Part shown: positions 24,332 to 38,656 of the stretch, piece after piece
How the letters are laid out: every line of letters starts with the position of its first letter
How positions within the stretch are numbered: the stretch's first letter is position 1
Source of the DNA: Yuukianura sp. NJ FZ-2021
Taxonomy: Eukaryota
Length of the DNA stretch: 64,000 bases
Direction: 5' to 3'
Assembly (NCBI GenBank): GCA_046563655.1
Contig: CM102285.1
Span: 14,260,001-14,324,000, forward strand
The notes under the pieces: model-generated
Database searches by the model: none
The model's input: only the letters and a program-made list of their open reading frames with translations
Told to the model about the DNA's origin: nothing
Translations under genes and position numbers: made by a program

Positions 24332-25539
24332 ATGGCTTCACAAAGATTTTTGTTTTACATTTCGTACATTGGTTCAAAATACAAGTAAGCTAACAGTTTA
24401 TTCCTCGGTAACAATTATTTTGTCGTAATCGATTAACGCTTCGCATAATGGGACGTATGTAATAATAATCGATTGATTGATTAATTAATTAATTTTTGGT
24501 TTCCAGTGGTATGCAAAGGCTGGTTGAAAGATCAAATAACTCAAAGGATTTTGGTACAATTCAAGGCATAATTGAATTTGGTCTGCAGAACGTTCTGCGA
24601 ACGCAAGTTGCACGTTTGGGAATAACGAGCAGAACTGACGAAGGGGTCCATGCAATAGAATCAGCTGCGTATTTTGATTACTTTGGTATGTCCACTGGAA
24701 TTTGTCTAAAACGTAAAGGGTATAATTGTAGATTCTCTTTTTGATTTTAGAACTGGACAAACTAAGTCCAGAAAAACTTTGTCGTAACCTCAACGCTTTC
24801 CTGCAACAACACGAGACTGATATTCGGATTCGTCGAGTCATCGAAGTTCCAACGGACTTCAGTGTTCGTCGAAATCTAATCTCCAGAACCTACTGCTACC
24901 GGATTGCCGTACCAAAGTACAATTATTTCGACAGTTGTAACAACTTCCGTTACATCACTTCGTCCATACCCATTACACATCTCAATCGAGTTCAAATTGT
25001 GCCTCAACCATTTGACCCTCAAGCAATCCACGACGTCTGTAAAGTCTTTCTTGGTACTTGGAACTTTAAAACCTTCAGTAAACCGGCTACTGGACGTGAA
25101 CATCTTGCGCAGAAGGATTACGTCAAAACTGTCAAACGAATTTCCATTAGTCACATCAACAGTCAATTCGAACACTCGTACTACATTGATCCGCGCCTCA
25201 AAGACATTGACTTTTTTGATTTTCATGTGGAGGGGAGTGGATTTCTGCGAAGACAGGTATGTTATGATATCACGTGGGCGCTGTAACTTTTTCAATTGAT
25301 TTCTGTGATTGGTTAGTTAAAAACAATTGATTTTGTTATGTTAGGTGAGACGCATGGTTGGAACTTTGCTTGGAATCGGCAGTGGTGTTATCCAGGAGAA
25401 GGACATTCGATTTATGCTGGAGAATCCTTCTCCGCAAAATTGGAATGTCAAGTGCATGACAGCTGAGGCGGATGGACTCTATCTAAAATCCGTCAACTTT
25501 GTAGAAGATTTGCCAATAATTCGTGGTTCGCTGATTTAA
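24332..25539 (+). CDS. PUSL1: tRNA pseudouridine synthase-like 1 (TruA family); exons ~24332-24384, 24507-24685, 24751-25256, 25345-25539
   Basis: RFLFYISYIG, SRTDEGVHA (catalytic Asp), RTYCYRI, GSGFLRRQVRRMVG, AEADGLYL. Confidence 0.9.
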
Positions 25540-25588
25540 TCTCAACGTTTCCAGTAAGCAATCTCGGACGTCGCAACTATCTAACGTC

Positions 25589-26215
25589 ATGAGTGGGAGT
25601 AGTCTGGCTGAAATTTTGAACAAAAAGCGACACGGCCTCAAACCTACTCAAACGAAAGTGACCAATCCAGACGGAAGTGTTCAAGTTTTTGACCAGGCTG
25701 GATCCACCGTTGTACCGTTACCAAGCAACCTTGTGCCAAATCAAACTGGTTACGGATTTGTCGTCGACACGAAACCGGATTTAAGTGTTGGAGAAATACG
25801 TCAATGGCTTCTGGTATCTTCCCAAGATGTTCCAGCTGATCCGAATCTTCTGAAAAATCTGTCCGTTACTCACGTTCTGTCACTCCTTCCAGGATTCCAG
25901 TTGGATCCAAGTAGTCAACCAATCAAGCATCTCAGTTTAGATCTTTACGATGACGAATCAAGTATTCTGGATTCCCATGTACTAAAACCAGCTCTAGACT
26001 TCATCAGCGAAGCAAAGTCCTCTGGTGGCCGAGTACTTGTTCACTGTAACGCTGGAGTCTCTCGAGCTCCTTCTGTTGTTATGTTGTACTTGATGGCTAT
26101 CGAAAAAGTGCCATTCGAGCAGGCGTGGGAGACTGTTAAAACTGCCCGCCCTTGTGCAAAACCCAATCGTGGATTCTGGAATCAACTCAAGAACTTTAAT
26201 TCTCATAGCTCATGA
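25589..26215 (+). CDS. DUSP19: Atypical dual-specificity phosphatase, single exon, 208 aa
   Basis: LKPTQTKVT..DG, GFVVDTKPDL, SQDV, VHCNAGVSRAP active site, KPNRGF. Confidence 0.9.
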   Translation: MSGSSLAEILNKKRHGLKPTQTKVTNPDGSVQVFDQAGSTVVPLPSNLVPNQTGYGFVVDTKPDLSVGEIRQWLLVSSQDVPADPNLLKNLSVTHVLSLLPGFQLDPSSQPIKHLSLDLYDDESSILDSHVLKPALDFISEAKSSGGRVLVHCNAGVSRAPSVVMLYLMAIEKVPFEQAWETVKTARPCAKPNRGFWNQLKNFNSHSS

Positions 26216-26512
26216 TAATTCAAGTTAGAAATTCATTAGTTAAATTCATCGATCAAGTTAAATGTTAATTAATCTAACCTAAAGTCTCTAAATCAGTAGT
26301 CCAACAGTACTTAAACTAATTGATCAACACTTAATTGATTCGGTACAAAAATTATTCCTGACTTTCAGTCATCATCTCCGAGTGGTAACAACGGTTAAGG
26401 CGAGCTTCTGCAATAAAGGTACGAAAACGAAACCTAAACAATCCCAGTCACACTTCTAGTAGTAAGAAAGTAAATTAATCGATTAATCGATTAATAACGA
26501 TCAATTAAGTAA

Positions 26513-29500
26513 CTAATTAGAGTTTTCATCTCTTCCGAGACTGGTAACAATGTTGGCATAGTGGGCCACACTTTCGTCAGCATTTGTACAAGTATCAGTA
26601 GTATTTTCTGGACTAGAATTGTTGTTGTTAGTGGTTGACACATGACCATCTTCAAGTATTGGAGAAATTGGACGCAGTTTTTTCGGTTTCTTCGGCACAA
26701 TGGGTCTAGCAGCAGGAGGGATACAGTAGTCTTGTTTAGTCGGACGTGGCATGTCGTAGTACTCCAGTGACGACGGTGTCACCACACCCGATGTCACCTC
26801 CGGCGACATTGTCGCCTCACATACCGTACCGTCCGAGTTTTCACTTTGTACTTCCCGGCATTCCGGTTCTACTTCATCTTCCCACAAATGAGAATTGTGA
26901 TCGTACTTGAGAGCTTTGGATCCCAAGTTGACATCGTTGAGTGTCACCGTGATTTCGAGTAACACTGACCGGTCATCCTCGAACAGGGACACTAAAATTC
27001 AAAAACGTAAATCATAAAAGTTCAAAATTTTGAAAAGTTGAAATTGAGTAGTTCTTAGGTTCTTACTTGGCATTTGTATAATTCCAGAATATGGGTTGAC
27101 AAGAACGACTTCCTGGACATATTCTTTTCTCCTGCCTCTCCGGAGCTGAACTGTCACTTTGTCTTCTGTTTCAATCGGACTTTTGAAAAACATGACAACT
27201 TTTGACTGGTACTTGGTCACTTTTTTCGGAAAAATTGAAAATCCTGCCGGTGCTGGTTGTTCCGCAGTGTAAATCCCGATGACCTTCTCCGTAAACTTTT
27301 TGTAAAACTCGGAATCCAATTTTGATGACGGTTTGAGTTCCAGTGTTTCCCATTTCGAGAATTCAACCAAATCTAAAAAGAGAAAAAACGAGTGTCAATT
27401 TTCAACTTTTTAAAAGCGTTTTCAGAAAACGCTTTTCAAAAAGACTTTTTCAAAACCCTTTCTTTTGAAATGGATCAAAAGGAGGGGAAATGTTTAGATG
27501 AAAAGAAGAATATCAGTTTAATTAAACGGAAATGATGAATTAAGGATCCTAAATGTTCTCACACTGTTGAATTCCGTCCCCAGCTTCACTTGATCCTGAT
27601 GTTCCTGATGTTGTTCCTGATCCTGATGTTCCTGAATTGACCACTCCACTCAGCAGGATTGCAATGACTCTTCTAGAGCGCAGAATCCTGTTGACCGGCG
27701 ACACTTTCCGTTCGACACTTGAACTATGGCGTAAATGATCCAAAAAACTGTGAGAAATTACAACGATTTGGATTTTGGCTCGATGCAGCTCAACTCCTTT
27801 AACGTTTTCGCCAATTTCTTGAATATCAAACGCCTGCACACTGAAAAACGAAATTCAAAATTTCAAAATTTAAAAAAAAATTGGCACAGCGTGGTTCCAA
27901 ATTTTGAAAATACATAATGCTAAGGTGTATCCTGTTCCATTCTTACTTGACATTGATTTTCCTCCGATCTGGACCAACGATAGTCTCAAAGATTTTTGTG
28001 ATTTGACTCACAGCACTTTTTGAGAAGAAACAACCTTGACTCGACAAAATCCCAACGTTCATTCTACTTGACCCTGAAACAAAAATTCAAAAAACTTAAA
28101 AAAAAAAGTTTTTAAAAAAAACTAAAAAAAATACAACAATTTCAAAACAAATATCCTTCTAGACATACACTACAACGAATTAACTAATAGATTTACACCT
28201 CAAGATACAACTTTTTTTTGAAACTTTTTTTAAACAAAACGAAGGTTAGTCAAACACGTCTTTTTTTTTCAACTGTTTCAAGTTCACCGTTTGTCAAAAC
28301 CCAACAAATTCGTTGACACTGTTTTGGCAGTGACTTTTTAAACACTTTTTTTAAAACCCTTTTTTTGAAAATGCTGGTGCGAAGTTCATGTTCCGGCTAA
28401 CTGCTTTCGTTATGAAAAACAGACGCCAGGGGAGGCATGAAAGCATGCTACAACGGTAAATGCATGTGTCCTTGCATTCCTCGTAATGAAAATAAATTTA
28501 CGTGCCAAAAAAATTCAACTCAAAAATTTTGAGCCAAAATGCGGATTGTAAATTACTTTTTTTTTGAATCTCACATAAAAAAACATTTACAGTTAAGAAT
28601 TTCTATTTGAGTCGATGATTTTTCCATTGAAATGTTCTTGAAATGATAAATTTCCCAAAGCAAATGTCATTCATTCCTTCACTTTGTAGATTAAAAGTGA
28701 CAGTATTCAACACAGTTGACCTTTTGACCTCATCTCTAGCTCTCCAGCAGCGATTTGAATTGTGGCGCACTTACAACAAAAAGCCCAATGATGAAGTTAT
28801 GTTAAAAGGAGTTTAGGAGTACACCGCTTCCGCTTTACTTTGACCTCTGACCTCTCGCAACATAAATTTTAGTTTCCAGCGTTCCAAGCGTCGCAAAAGC
28901 AACAAAGCACTACGCAAAATGTTGCTAAATAGACCGTGTACAACAAGTTCCATTTTCTTTTCATCTTTTGCCGGATCTAACTCATCTGCTTTCCTTATTT
29001 TCTGCGTTTTTGTTAGTTTTTTGGTTTTTCGGAATGTTTTTTTTTGTTCGTTTTTTTTCTCTTTTTTTGAAAGAGTCTTTGAATTTCAATTTCCAAAGAT
29101 CACCGACCTAAATCTGGCAGCATCAAAGTGGAAATGCCAGAAGCAGAATTTCCCATTTTCCGAAAACTTAAAAAAACAAACACAACAATTTGATTCATTC
29201 GAATTTTGAAATTGACTTTCCTAGTTCCGTGTGGGTGGTATTTAAAACAAGATTTCAAAAAGTTATTTACAAAATCAACCCAGAATGAACTCAAAATCTA
29301 AACAGAAAGTTTGAAAATTGAAAAACACGCTCCAAGCAACTTTTTTTTTCTTGAAACTTATGAATTAAGAGAAGTTTTGAATTCAAAAATGGCATTTTAA
29401 AACTAAACAGACGGTTAGGTTCAAGAGCCCGAAAAATGGACAAATAAGACAGGAAAAGAGGGAGTAATTTTCTATTTTCGAAGCAAAAATAAGGCAGTTT

Positions 29501-32500
29501 AGCAGAAAAGACAAAAAGTGTCAACTAATTTTGAAATTTTCTGTTGTCCAAAAACTCCAAATTGATGTTTTTCGTAATCAAAGAACTCTGTTCATCAAAA
29601 GGTCATCCGCAGGTCAACTGTCTGTTCCTCAACCCTAATCTCTTTTCACGTAAACCCTTTGGTTCTAACCAGACTTCAAAATTTCAAATCCTAAAGTGTT
29701 TTTCGAAATTTCCTTTTTCAAAAAATTCAAATCCGAAAACCTAACCATGCAAGACTAAAACTAAAACAAAGAGTTCAATTGATTCTTTTTTTCTAAAATT
29801 GAAAACTGAAGTGTCTGTCTGCTCAATAAAGAAAAGCTTTTGAAAAACCTTTTCTAAATTTCAAAAAACATTTTGTTCAAATAGTTTCAACCTTACTATA
29901 ACTTTTACAAAGTAAACTTTGTGTCTCCCATGAAATGAACCTGTTTCCGTAACCTAACCTAACCTTATTTTAAAACAATATTTCCAACAGTACTTTTTTG
30001 TGTCTTCAAATTCTATCTGTTTTGTCTATCTTCTAAAAAAGATGTTATTCCGTGCCGTATCTTCGGATCTTCCCAGAAATTCAAACCACAAAAAGTTGAA
30101 ACTTCATCTCTCAAAATCTTCCGTTTGTTCAAAACAAGATTCCTAACGTGTTCCATACTCTGTTCACAGTTTTTAGAAAAAAAGAGAAATCTAAAAAAGT
30201 TATTCACATTATTCATTCAACATCTCTAGGGATAAGGAAATTTTAAGTAATTTAGGAACTGGCGACATAGAATGCTCTGAAAAGCTACAAATCTTGCTGA
30301 AAATTTCAGCAATTTCAGAAATCTGAAATTTATTACGACACATTTTAAACGACACGAGCTAAAGATCGTAATGTCGATGACAATTTTAATAGCGTAAACA
30401 AAAATGTCTTCCAGAATTCCAAATGCAGACGCGTAGCAGCTCAGACATCAATCTACACTTTTTCTAAAACAAGTGCAAGTAGTTTCTAACTTTTTTCTAA
30501 ACAGGATCTAAATTCTAAAAAGTTAAAAAAGTCAAAATAGGATTTTGCACGGATCAAATCCTAAAGAGGAAAACCACTGCAATGAATTACTCCGTAAATG
30601 GCTTCATGCGTGACAGTTTTAGTAGGTACGAACTGTCGGCAAAATTTTCTAAAAATTTAAAAAACGCACCAAACCGCAACTGCATTTGCACTACAAAGTT
30701 TCAAGGAAAGTTTTTATGTTCTAAAAATTCTTTTGTACAATTTCAATTTCTGAGAACTGAAAACTTGATCTCCCAATGGGATCAATTTACTTCTTCCCAT
30801 TCCAAGTAAAAGAACAAAAAAAGAGTGAAAAACGATCTTCCAAAAAAAAAAAAAAGTTTTCAAAAAAGTTTAGAAAAAAGTTTTAGTCAAATCCACCCAC
30901 TTACTATTTTGAAGAAAAAAAAGTTCACAGGAAAAATGAAACGCCGGAACGAAAATAAAAATGAACGCTTGATTTCATTTTTAGAAAAGGCTTCATGCGT
31001 ACAACTTTTTCAGTTTTTCAATTTTAAATTTTCAAAAAAAAATTGTTTTCAAAAAGATGAAAGTGAAAGTGAAAAAAGATCTTGTTCAAACACCTTTCCG
31101 AAAGCACCTGTCTTCATCTAAAACCCGCCCTCCACTTAAGGGCTCCTTTGTGTAGCACTTAAAAAGTTCTAAGGGCCCCCTTGATCTTTTTTAAATTTGA
31201 AATTTACACTTCAAATTTTGAAGATCCTGTTTGAACAAAGCTTTTTTTAAACACTCTTAACTTCTAAAACTTTAAAGATCATCATTCATCCCCGTTTTTT
31301 TCGCTCTTTTTTTCGGCGTTTATTTACGAATTAAACGAATCGCAGTTCCGTTCAAAACCGGAAGTCAAAAAAGCTACAACTTTTAATTTTTCTTTCGCTC
31401 TCAATTTGTTCAAAACTTAAAAAAACTTCCAGTTTTTAAAAAACTGACATTTTGAAACACGTTGTAGACTTAGACATCTCCCTTCCAGAAAATTTTTGAA
31501 CATTTTACAACTTGGAATGGGAAGTTATAAATAAAGTCAACTTTATACGACGAGGAAGCTTTTTCAATGGCCTGTTTTTAGTTTTTAGTTCTTCCAGAGT
31601 CGAAATCGCTTCATCTCGTGTCTCTTTTTAAAAAAAAAATTTGTTCTAAAATTGAACACGATCATTTTTTTTTCCAGTAGCGACATTGGCACATTTCGTT
31701 TTTCAAAATACTTTTCCCTTTCTTAATTGACAGTTTGAACAGGAATATGATGATTGAACACAAGTTTATTGCTTTTTTTTAACAAGTTCGAAAAAGCAAA
31801 ACTTCAAAATGCACTTTTTTGAAATTCCGAAAAGTGAAAAATCAGATCCCGTTGAAGTGGAAAATCTAGTTTCAACAACACTTTTTTTTTCGAAAGAATT
31901 TTTTGTGTCGGAAATTTAGAACGCGTTGATTGAGTTACGAGAAAGCAGGAAAAGTTATAGGTAGGACAGGAATTTAGAACAAGCCTAATTTTCATTTTCA
32001 AAAAAACTTTTTGAAAAACTTTAGAAAAACAGAAGAAAAAGGAAGTGAGAAGATAAACAGAAAAGAGCGGATGCAAAACCCAATTTTGAATTTCTTCTGG
32101 AAATGGCTTCGTTTCTGCTCTCTCCGCACCTAACGAATCTTTCATCATCAGGGGGGCAATTCTGTTCTAAAAATTGGAATTCCCCACCTTTTCTAAAAAA
32201 AACTTGTTTTAAAAACTATTTTAAACAAAACGCCAATGAAAACTAACAAACCATCTCCACCTCCGGAGAAAGAGTCATCTGCAGTCCACATGCAGAAGAT
32301 GCGAGTCCGCAGGAACAAGCGGAAGTGACTTCACTTCCTTCACCTCATAAATTTTAAAAATTTTAAACAACTTTTTTAAAAAGTTTTTTAAACAAGAAGT
32401 CTTTTTGCAAACAACTTGTGACTGGCTGCGAAATTTCTAATTTAAAAATTTCCTCAAGCGTGATATTGTTTTTGGCAACGAGCTTCCAAAACCTTTTTTT

Positions 32501-35500
32501 GCTGACAAATCAAACGCCTGCGGCGTCCACGTTTTAAAAAACTGTCAAGATTTCTCAACCTACTTCTTAAAAATCAGTTTTTCAATTGTTGTCAAAACAA
32601 AAAAAAAAGTATAAAAACCTTCAATTTCTGGTTCACACTTTAAAAAAAATTTGTTTTCGTGTCCTCATTTCCGATTCTCTGTTTCTAAACGTTCTAAATT
32701 TTATTGAAAACCGAAAACACATTTTGAAAAACACATTTTGAAATTCGAAATCAGATTGTTTGCCAAAAACACCAACAAACAAAACCTCCAAGAACTCTGT
32801 CTGTCAATCTCGCATCTTTACTAAAAACCAACCAAAGTTCAGAAAAAAAATTCAAAAACAAAAAATTTAAGTCGCACTAAAATCCTAAAGATGCAGAAAA
32901 GCCAAGTTTTTCTAGAAAATTGGGTTGTAAAGTTAGAGGTTACGAAAACTTTGAAAGTTTGGAAAATTGTAAACTGAAAAAGTAGCACTAAAACTTCCAC
33001 GGGAAAAGTTCGAAGAACTTAAAATTTCCTTCTGTTCTAATTTTTTGAAACAATGGTTTGTTCTGTTTTCCATTTTCAAAAATTTTGAACCTTTGAGACA
33101 ACTCAATCCACATGCGGTCGTAAAATTGAAAAGGTCAAACACTATGTTCTCCAAAAACAAAAAACAGGGTCACATTCACATCATTTTCAAACACTTCTCA
33201 CTAAATCCCTGAAACTAACTAACATTAGGCGCCTTTTGCACTTTGACGTACTCAAAGCTAACTTACTTTTAAACTAACCTAACATATTTTTGTGCAACAT
33301 CGAAACTTACAATGCTTCACCAAACCTGGAAAACAAAATTTCAAAAGAAAAAAATACACTAAACTAACATCCGAAATTTTGAAATTTAAAAAGCAAAAAA
33401 CTAGCCTGTGAAAAAAAGAAAAAAACATCGAAAATCTCAAAAAAGAAAAGGAAAATCCAAAAACACTTATCAATCAGGACAACATACCAACTATCGAGTA
33501 CTAAAATTCTAACACTAAAATTTTTTATTAAAATTCAATCGGCATCAATGCAGTCCCCCAGCAAATCGAAAAAAAAAAACAAATTCAAAAAACACGCTAT
33601 TTTCTTCGTTTTTAAAATGACGCCATTTCTAGTCCGTTTTATTTACACTTTACCTAAAAAATGCGCCCTTAGCACTAAAGTACTAAAAACTGCAGTGAGC
33701 ACGAGCAGTATTACTACTTACGTTATTTTGTACCTAACTTTTCAAATGTTAAAATGTTACGTTTTCTCCTTTTTAGTACGTAACTGGAAAACCCATCTGG
33801 AATTGACGTTTTTGGCTAACCTTCATCACTCATTTCTTGGAAAAGTAGTTACTCCCTCCGTTTCTTACTCCTTGTGAGTACATATGACTTCAGTTCACAC
33901 TCTCCGCTTTTCACTCTCACACCAAAACCAACTGATCACTGCACAGAATCATTAACTTTGAGCAATGACACAACGTCCAAAAAACACATTCAACCAAAAA
34001 ACCCTATTTATCATCATAGACTTTTTAGTCTTTTAGTCCTTCGTTTAGCTCGTGCTTTTTAACCATTTTTCATCTTTTGTAAAAATAAAAATACGCAACT
34101 CATCGCTTTCTAAAAACAGAACCAAGATCATGTTTTCACTTTTTAGTACAATTTTTAACTGAAGCAGAAAAACTAATGTGGATGTCTCAACTTTTCTGTC
34201 TTTGTCTACAAAGAATCGAAAAAAAGAGGCATTTCCGGTTTTTAGTCTCTAGAGAAAGCATTAACAAAATTTAAAATTTGAAAAAGCACTTTGGAGTAAG
34301 GTGGATTCCAAACGGAATTGAAATTCCGACATTCATTTGTTCATTTCCGGTTGTCTGTGTCAAGTGAAACAATCGACTTTCGGTGTTTTCTGTTAGCGGT
34401 CGTGCGGTTGCGTTAATTTTAAGAATTTGAATTCAAAGAAACTCAAATAGAATAAATTTTTTGGTTAACTTTTCAAACTTTTCTGTCAAAAGTTTTCAAT
34501 TTATGCGTCCTGGAAAACTCATTTCAAAATTTTCAATTTTTGAAGTCCGAAAATGCCGACTTCGTTAAAACTCAATTTTAAATTTCAGTTTGACCTTTTC
34601 CGCCATTTTTGACCGGGTAAAACTCAAAGATCAAAGTAACTTGAGAACAACTTTTTTTTTTGAAATTTTGAAACTTGAAATGACTCTATGGGGTAATTAA
34701 GACACAGTCGTAAGTGTCCCTTAGTCGCAGGCCCAAGGGCCCCCGTCCACTTTAACTACTTGACCAAGGGCCCCTGCCTCACTTGATTACTTTTAAACTA
34801 AAATCGAAAAGCACAAGATGTCAAAATCTGAAAAACTGAACGCGCGTGCCCTTTGAAAGCTTAAGTCCCCTTAAGTCTCCTTCATCTTTTCAGCTGTAAG
34901 ATGTTAAGGGCCCCTCATCTGCTCCACATAAGCTAAGCATATTTCCAGCGCTTGAGCACTGGAAGAAGCAGCGGCTGGTGGTAAATAGGAAACTAATCCA
35001 GGACGAGTGATCTTGTCTGTTGATGGACCGGAAGTGGAGGAAGATGATTCAAACTGTGCAGAAGATCAAGGGACATGGGCCCTTTGATTCATCTTTCAAA
35101 GATCCAAGGGCCCCTAGACAAAGGCAAGCCAAGTCCCCCACTATTTTTTGTTTTATCGTTACTAATCTCCTGCCTGCTTTCAAACAAAATGCGGCGGATG
35201 GTTGACATTCCTGGCAGCCGCGGATCGCTGAAGAGCTGGAGCAGATGTACTGGCAGCATCAAGCATCCAGCACCCAGTCAGCATTTTTTTTTCAAATGTG
35301 AAAGCGTAACCAGAGACCTTAGTCACCCTCGCATCATGTCACCCTGCATTAACTCTACACGCACAAAAGTTGCTAAAAACTAAGCCCGCTTTGGTTCGAA
35401 AAAAAAAAATTTCCCAAAAAAATTTTTTTTTCAAAAAAGTTTCAAAATTTCAAACTTACTTGAATAAGGTACACGCGGAAGTGAGGGTGACGAACAAAAT

Positions 35501-37811
35501 TTGCAGTACAGTTCACAATCCGTTCCAGTTCCAGGAAATTCTCTGCGGACATTAGACGAATTGGCTTGTTGCGGCTGCGCATGCCGATCGCTGGAACGAC
35601 GACCATCGCTGATTCCAAGTACTGAAGCGATGTCGCCAGCATTTGACGAAGACGTTGAAGGATGTCGGTTGAGTGTCACCGTGGATGCTTGGGATGGTCG
35701 CCGACGGTCGCCGGAGTAAACCGACAGTGGAATCGCTGTTGACGCTGATGAGTCACAAAACATGTCACTATAAGTGTGACTACTTGTTGTTGGCGAGTGG
35801 ACTTCGACGGTCGTCGTCTCTTCTGATGCTGGATCGCTGAAGTAAACATTTTTGTATTGTACTTGTGCTGATGCTGGAGCGGGAAAAGTTGGACGAGTAT
35901 GAATAGGAACCAAGTACCCACCGCCAGTACTACTGGCAGCATCAGTTACAACTTCCGGTGACAATACTGGCGAACTTGGACCGGACACAGAATGTCTCCG
36001 ATTGTTTGGCGAATTGAAAGTTTCTAAATTTTGGGTATTGTAGTAGAACGGAAGTGGATTTCTGCGATTCGGGAAAGTATTTGGCGGCGAGGGAACCGAG
36101 TACTTCCGAGGACCACGAAAACTGCCTTTGACATTGGAGTAAACCGGAATTGGAGTGACCATGTCCAGGTCATGTGACCTTTGACCTCCGGGAGTGACCA
36201 TGTCAAGGTCATGTGACCTTTGACCTCCGGGATTTTGAAAATGAATGTCTGGGTAATGCCCTTGGTCAGATCCAGTAGACGGTTGAGAATGCGAGGAACA
36301 ATGGGAGTCAGAGTCAACCGAATTGGTGTAAATCGATAGTGAAGAATCAGGGGTAAACGGGGGTGAGCTGATTCCGCTTGAAGTTGACCTTGACCGTGAC
36401 CCCTCCGAAACAACACTGGAACTGCCAGTACTTTTTGAAGAACTTTTAGACTTCCAGAAAAATTGTGTCAGACGTCCAAAAGGTGACGCTCGTTTTTCAG
36501 ATTTTGATGCTGCCGAAGTATTTTCTTCTGTTTCAGTAGCAGGATTAAGAAAAACGTCAATTTCTTGTTCCTCTATGACATCGTCCCGCGAAATTTCAAA
36601 ACGATGAAGAGGCACTGGCGGCGGGAGTTTGAAGAATCTTGGTCTGGGTGGTGCTGGGGCTATTGACCTCGGGATGGACATGACCGTTGACCGTTGTTGG
36701 TCCACTTCTGGTAGTCCAAATGATGTTGACTCCTCGTTGAAGGCTTCTTCAAAATAAGTAGGGTTATCTGCAAAAGAGATAAACTTTCGATTAATTACAA
36801 CTTTTACACAAAAAATCTTGACTTTTAAGCGCGCGGAGAGTCTTTGTAAAACTAAACTTTCGCAAGGATTGCGGTTACCTTGTTGTCTCAAACGCATTTT
36901 CAGTTCTTTTAAGGTTAAACTGTTAAAACTAAACTTTAACTTTTTAGAAATGTTAAAATGTTTAAGACATTAGATTCCTTTTTGCCAAGACTTGAAGACT
37001 TGGACTGTTCAACTCAAGATCTGAATCTGAAGTGAAAAGAATTTGAACAAAACAGAAACTGAGTCGAACACCCACACAAGTGCATTAATCCTAAGCACTT
37101 TTTCTTTACTCCTCCGTAAAATCCTAACAAAAATACGCTTAGAAAACCATGTGCCTTGCCAGAAGCCACTGATGATCATGGTGACGACGATCCCCCAGTT
37201 TAGAAAATAAACTTTTTAGAAAAACGGGAGCATGTCTCTCGAGAGACGGATAAGATCGTCGGGAGACATGGTTCTCTGGCTCCCATATTTTCAAAAGAAT
37301 CTGCAACGTACAACATTTTAGTCGATTAGTCACTGACTTAGTACTCAGAGTTGGAGTATGAATTAGTGCGAACTTACTAATGACGCATCACTTCTGGCTG
37401 GCACACAGCTTTTCATCCGAATCGGATCAAAACCGGAGTACAAGGTTCAGTTGAAACTGAAAAACTTGCAAGGACAACCAACTGATTAATTGTAAACAAC
37501 TACTTACTCAAAACAGTTGTCGTTTGTGGTTGCTCTTGAATAGTATTGGCAGCAGTAGTATTCTTTGGACTTGGAATGCTTGGCAGAATATCTTCAATAT
37601 CAAATGTAAACTTGAGTGGAGGTTTCTGCAACATGGACGGTTCCTTCTCCATTTTCATTGGTTCTTGTAGACCAACAGGATTTTCAACAGGAATGTCAAC
37701 AGGATGGTCGACAGGAATGTCAACAGGATGGTCGACAGGAATGTCAACAGGAATGTCAACAGGATTGTCAATGTCAGAGACAGTGTCCAGAATGTTCCCA
37801 GAGTCAGCCAT
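26513..37811 (-). CDS. BCAP/BANK1/Dof(Stumps)-related adaptor; exons ~37811-37508, 36767-35460, 28073-27946, 27835-27563, 27372-27068, 26992-26513
   Basis: TIR-like segment (AKIQIVVISHSFL...RVIAILLSGV) followed by DBB-like segment (FSIFPKKV...VNPYSGIIQMP...NLGSKALKY); matching splice phases link it to the upstream Ser/Pro/Tyr-rich exons across a ~7.4-kb intron. Confidence 0.65.
36156..36232. repeat. 39-bp coding tandem duplication (PGGQRSHDLDMVT x2)
   Basis: Direct repeat visible in DNA and in the 35431..36897 ORF. Confidence 0.85.
37674..37770. repeat. 12-bp coding minisatellite (PVDI/PVDH)
   Basis: ACAGGAATGTCA/ACAGGATGGTCG units. Confidence 0.85.
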
Positions 37812-38641
37812 TTAATAAATCCGTTGTTTCAGCACATCAAAATACTGCAAATTCAGATCGATCTTCAGTTTAAACTTTCAGAACTGCTTGAAAATCGGGT
37901 AGTTTACCTTATTGGATCGTGAAAGGGAGCAGTTCGGGAGTAAATTCGTCAACTTGTTTGTTCTTCCCAGAAAAAAAAACACGATTCTAAACTGAATTGA
38001 AGACAAAGTTTATGAAAACAGAAGCATGTTTATGTAAACAAACCGAGAGGGTAACAAATTATCCCAAGATAATAAATTTATCTTAGATTTAGATAAAGTA
38101 TTTCATATAAAATACAGCCGAAGTTTACCTCTTTACCCCCAAAAGTTAGTAAACAGCAACAGGGACATAGAGACAACCAGATTAAGAAGCGAAGATGCTG
38201 ATTAGACTCATTCTATAAAAAATGGACACAAATATTTAATCTTAATCTTCTCACATTTGGAAAAATTAAATTCTGATTATTAACACGAGACTGGAATTTG
38301 AATTTGATGAATCGCTGAACGCTGCTGATATCGAGTAATCGACATTTCTTTTTTCTTGTAAGTGGTTCTACGAAGATGGAGTGATGAGGAACAAAGAAGA
38401 GCGGGAGCAGAGATGTCGTCGTAGTCTTTGCCCATTCTGCAGTGAACTTTTTTTTATGCATTGTCCAGAGCACAATATTTCGAATAAAAACTTTTCAGCG
38501 GCAGCTAAATTCATCGATTCGATCGAAATTTAATAACTCAGAGCAGTGTGTAATTTTCCTCGTTTAAAAAAAATCTTTGAAAACCGTTTTGCAATTTTTC
38601 ACAGTGCAGCGGAATACGACGCTGATTTTGGAATGTTTTGT

Positions 38642-38656
38642 GTTGCCAAGAGCAAC
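38642..38656. promoter_or_regulatory. RFX X-box upstream of ROPN1L
   Basis: GTTGCCAAGAGCAAC ~170 bp upstream of ATG 38823. Confidence 0.6.

Noticed and set aside
28100..35400. Many 60-115 aa ORFs rich in F/K/N
   Set aside because: AT-rich intronic sequence, mostly non-ATG starts, no recognisable motifs
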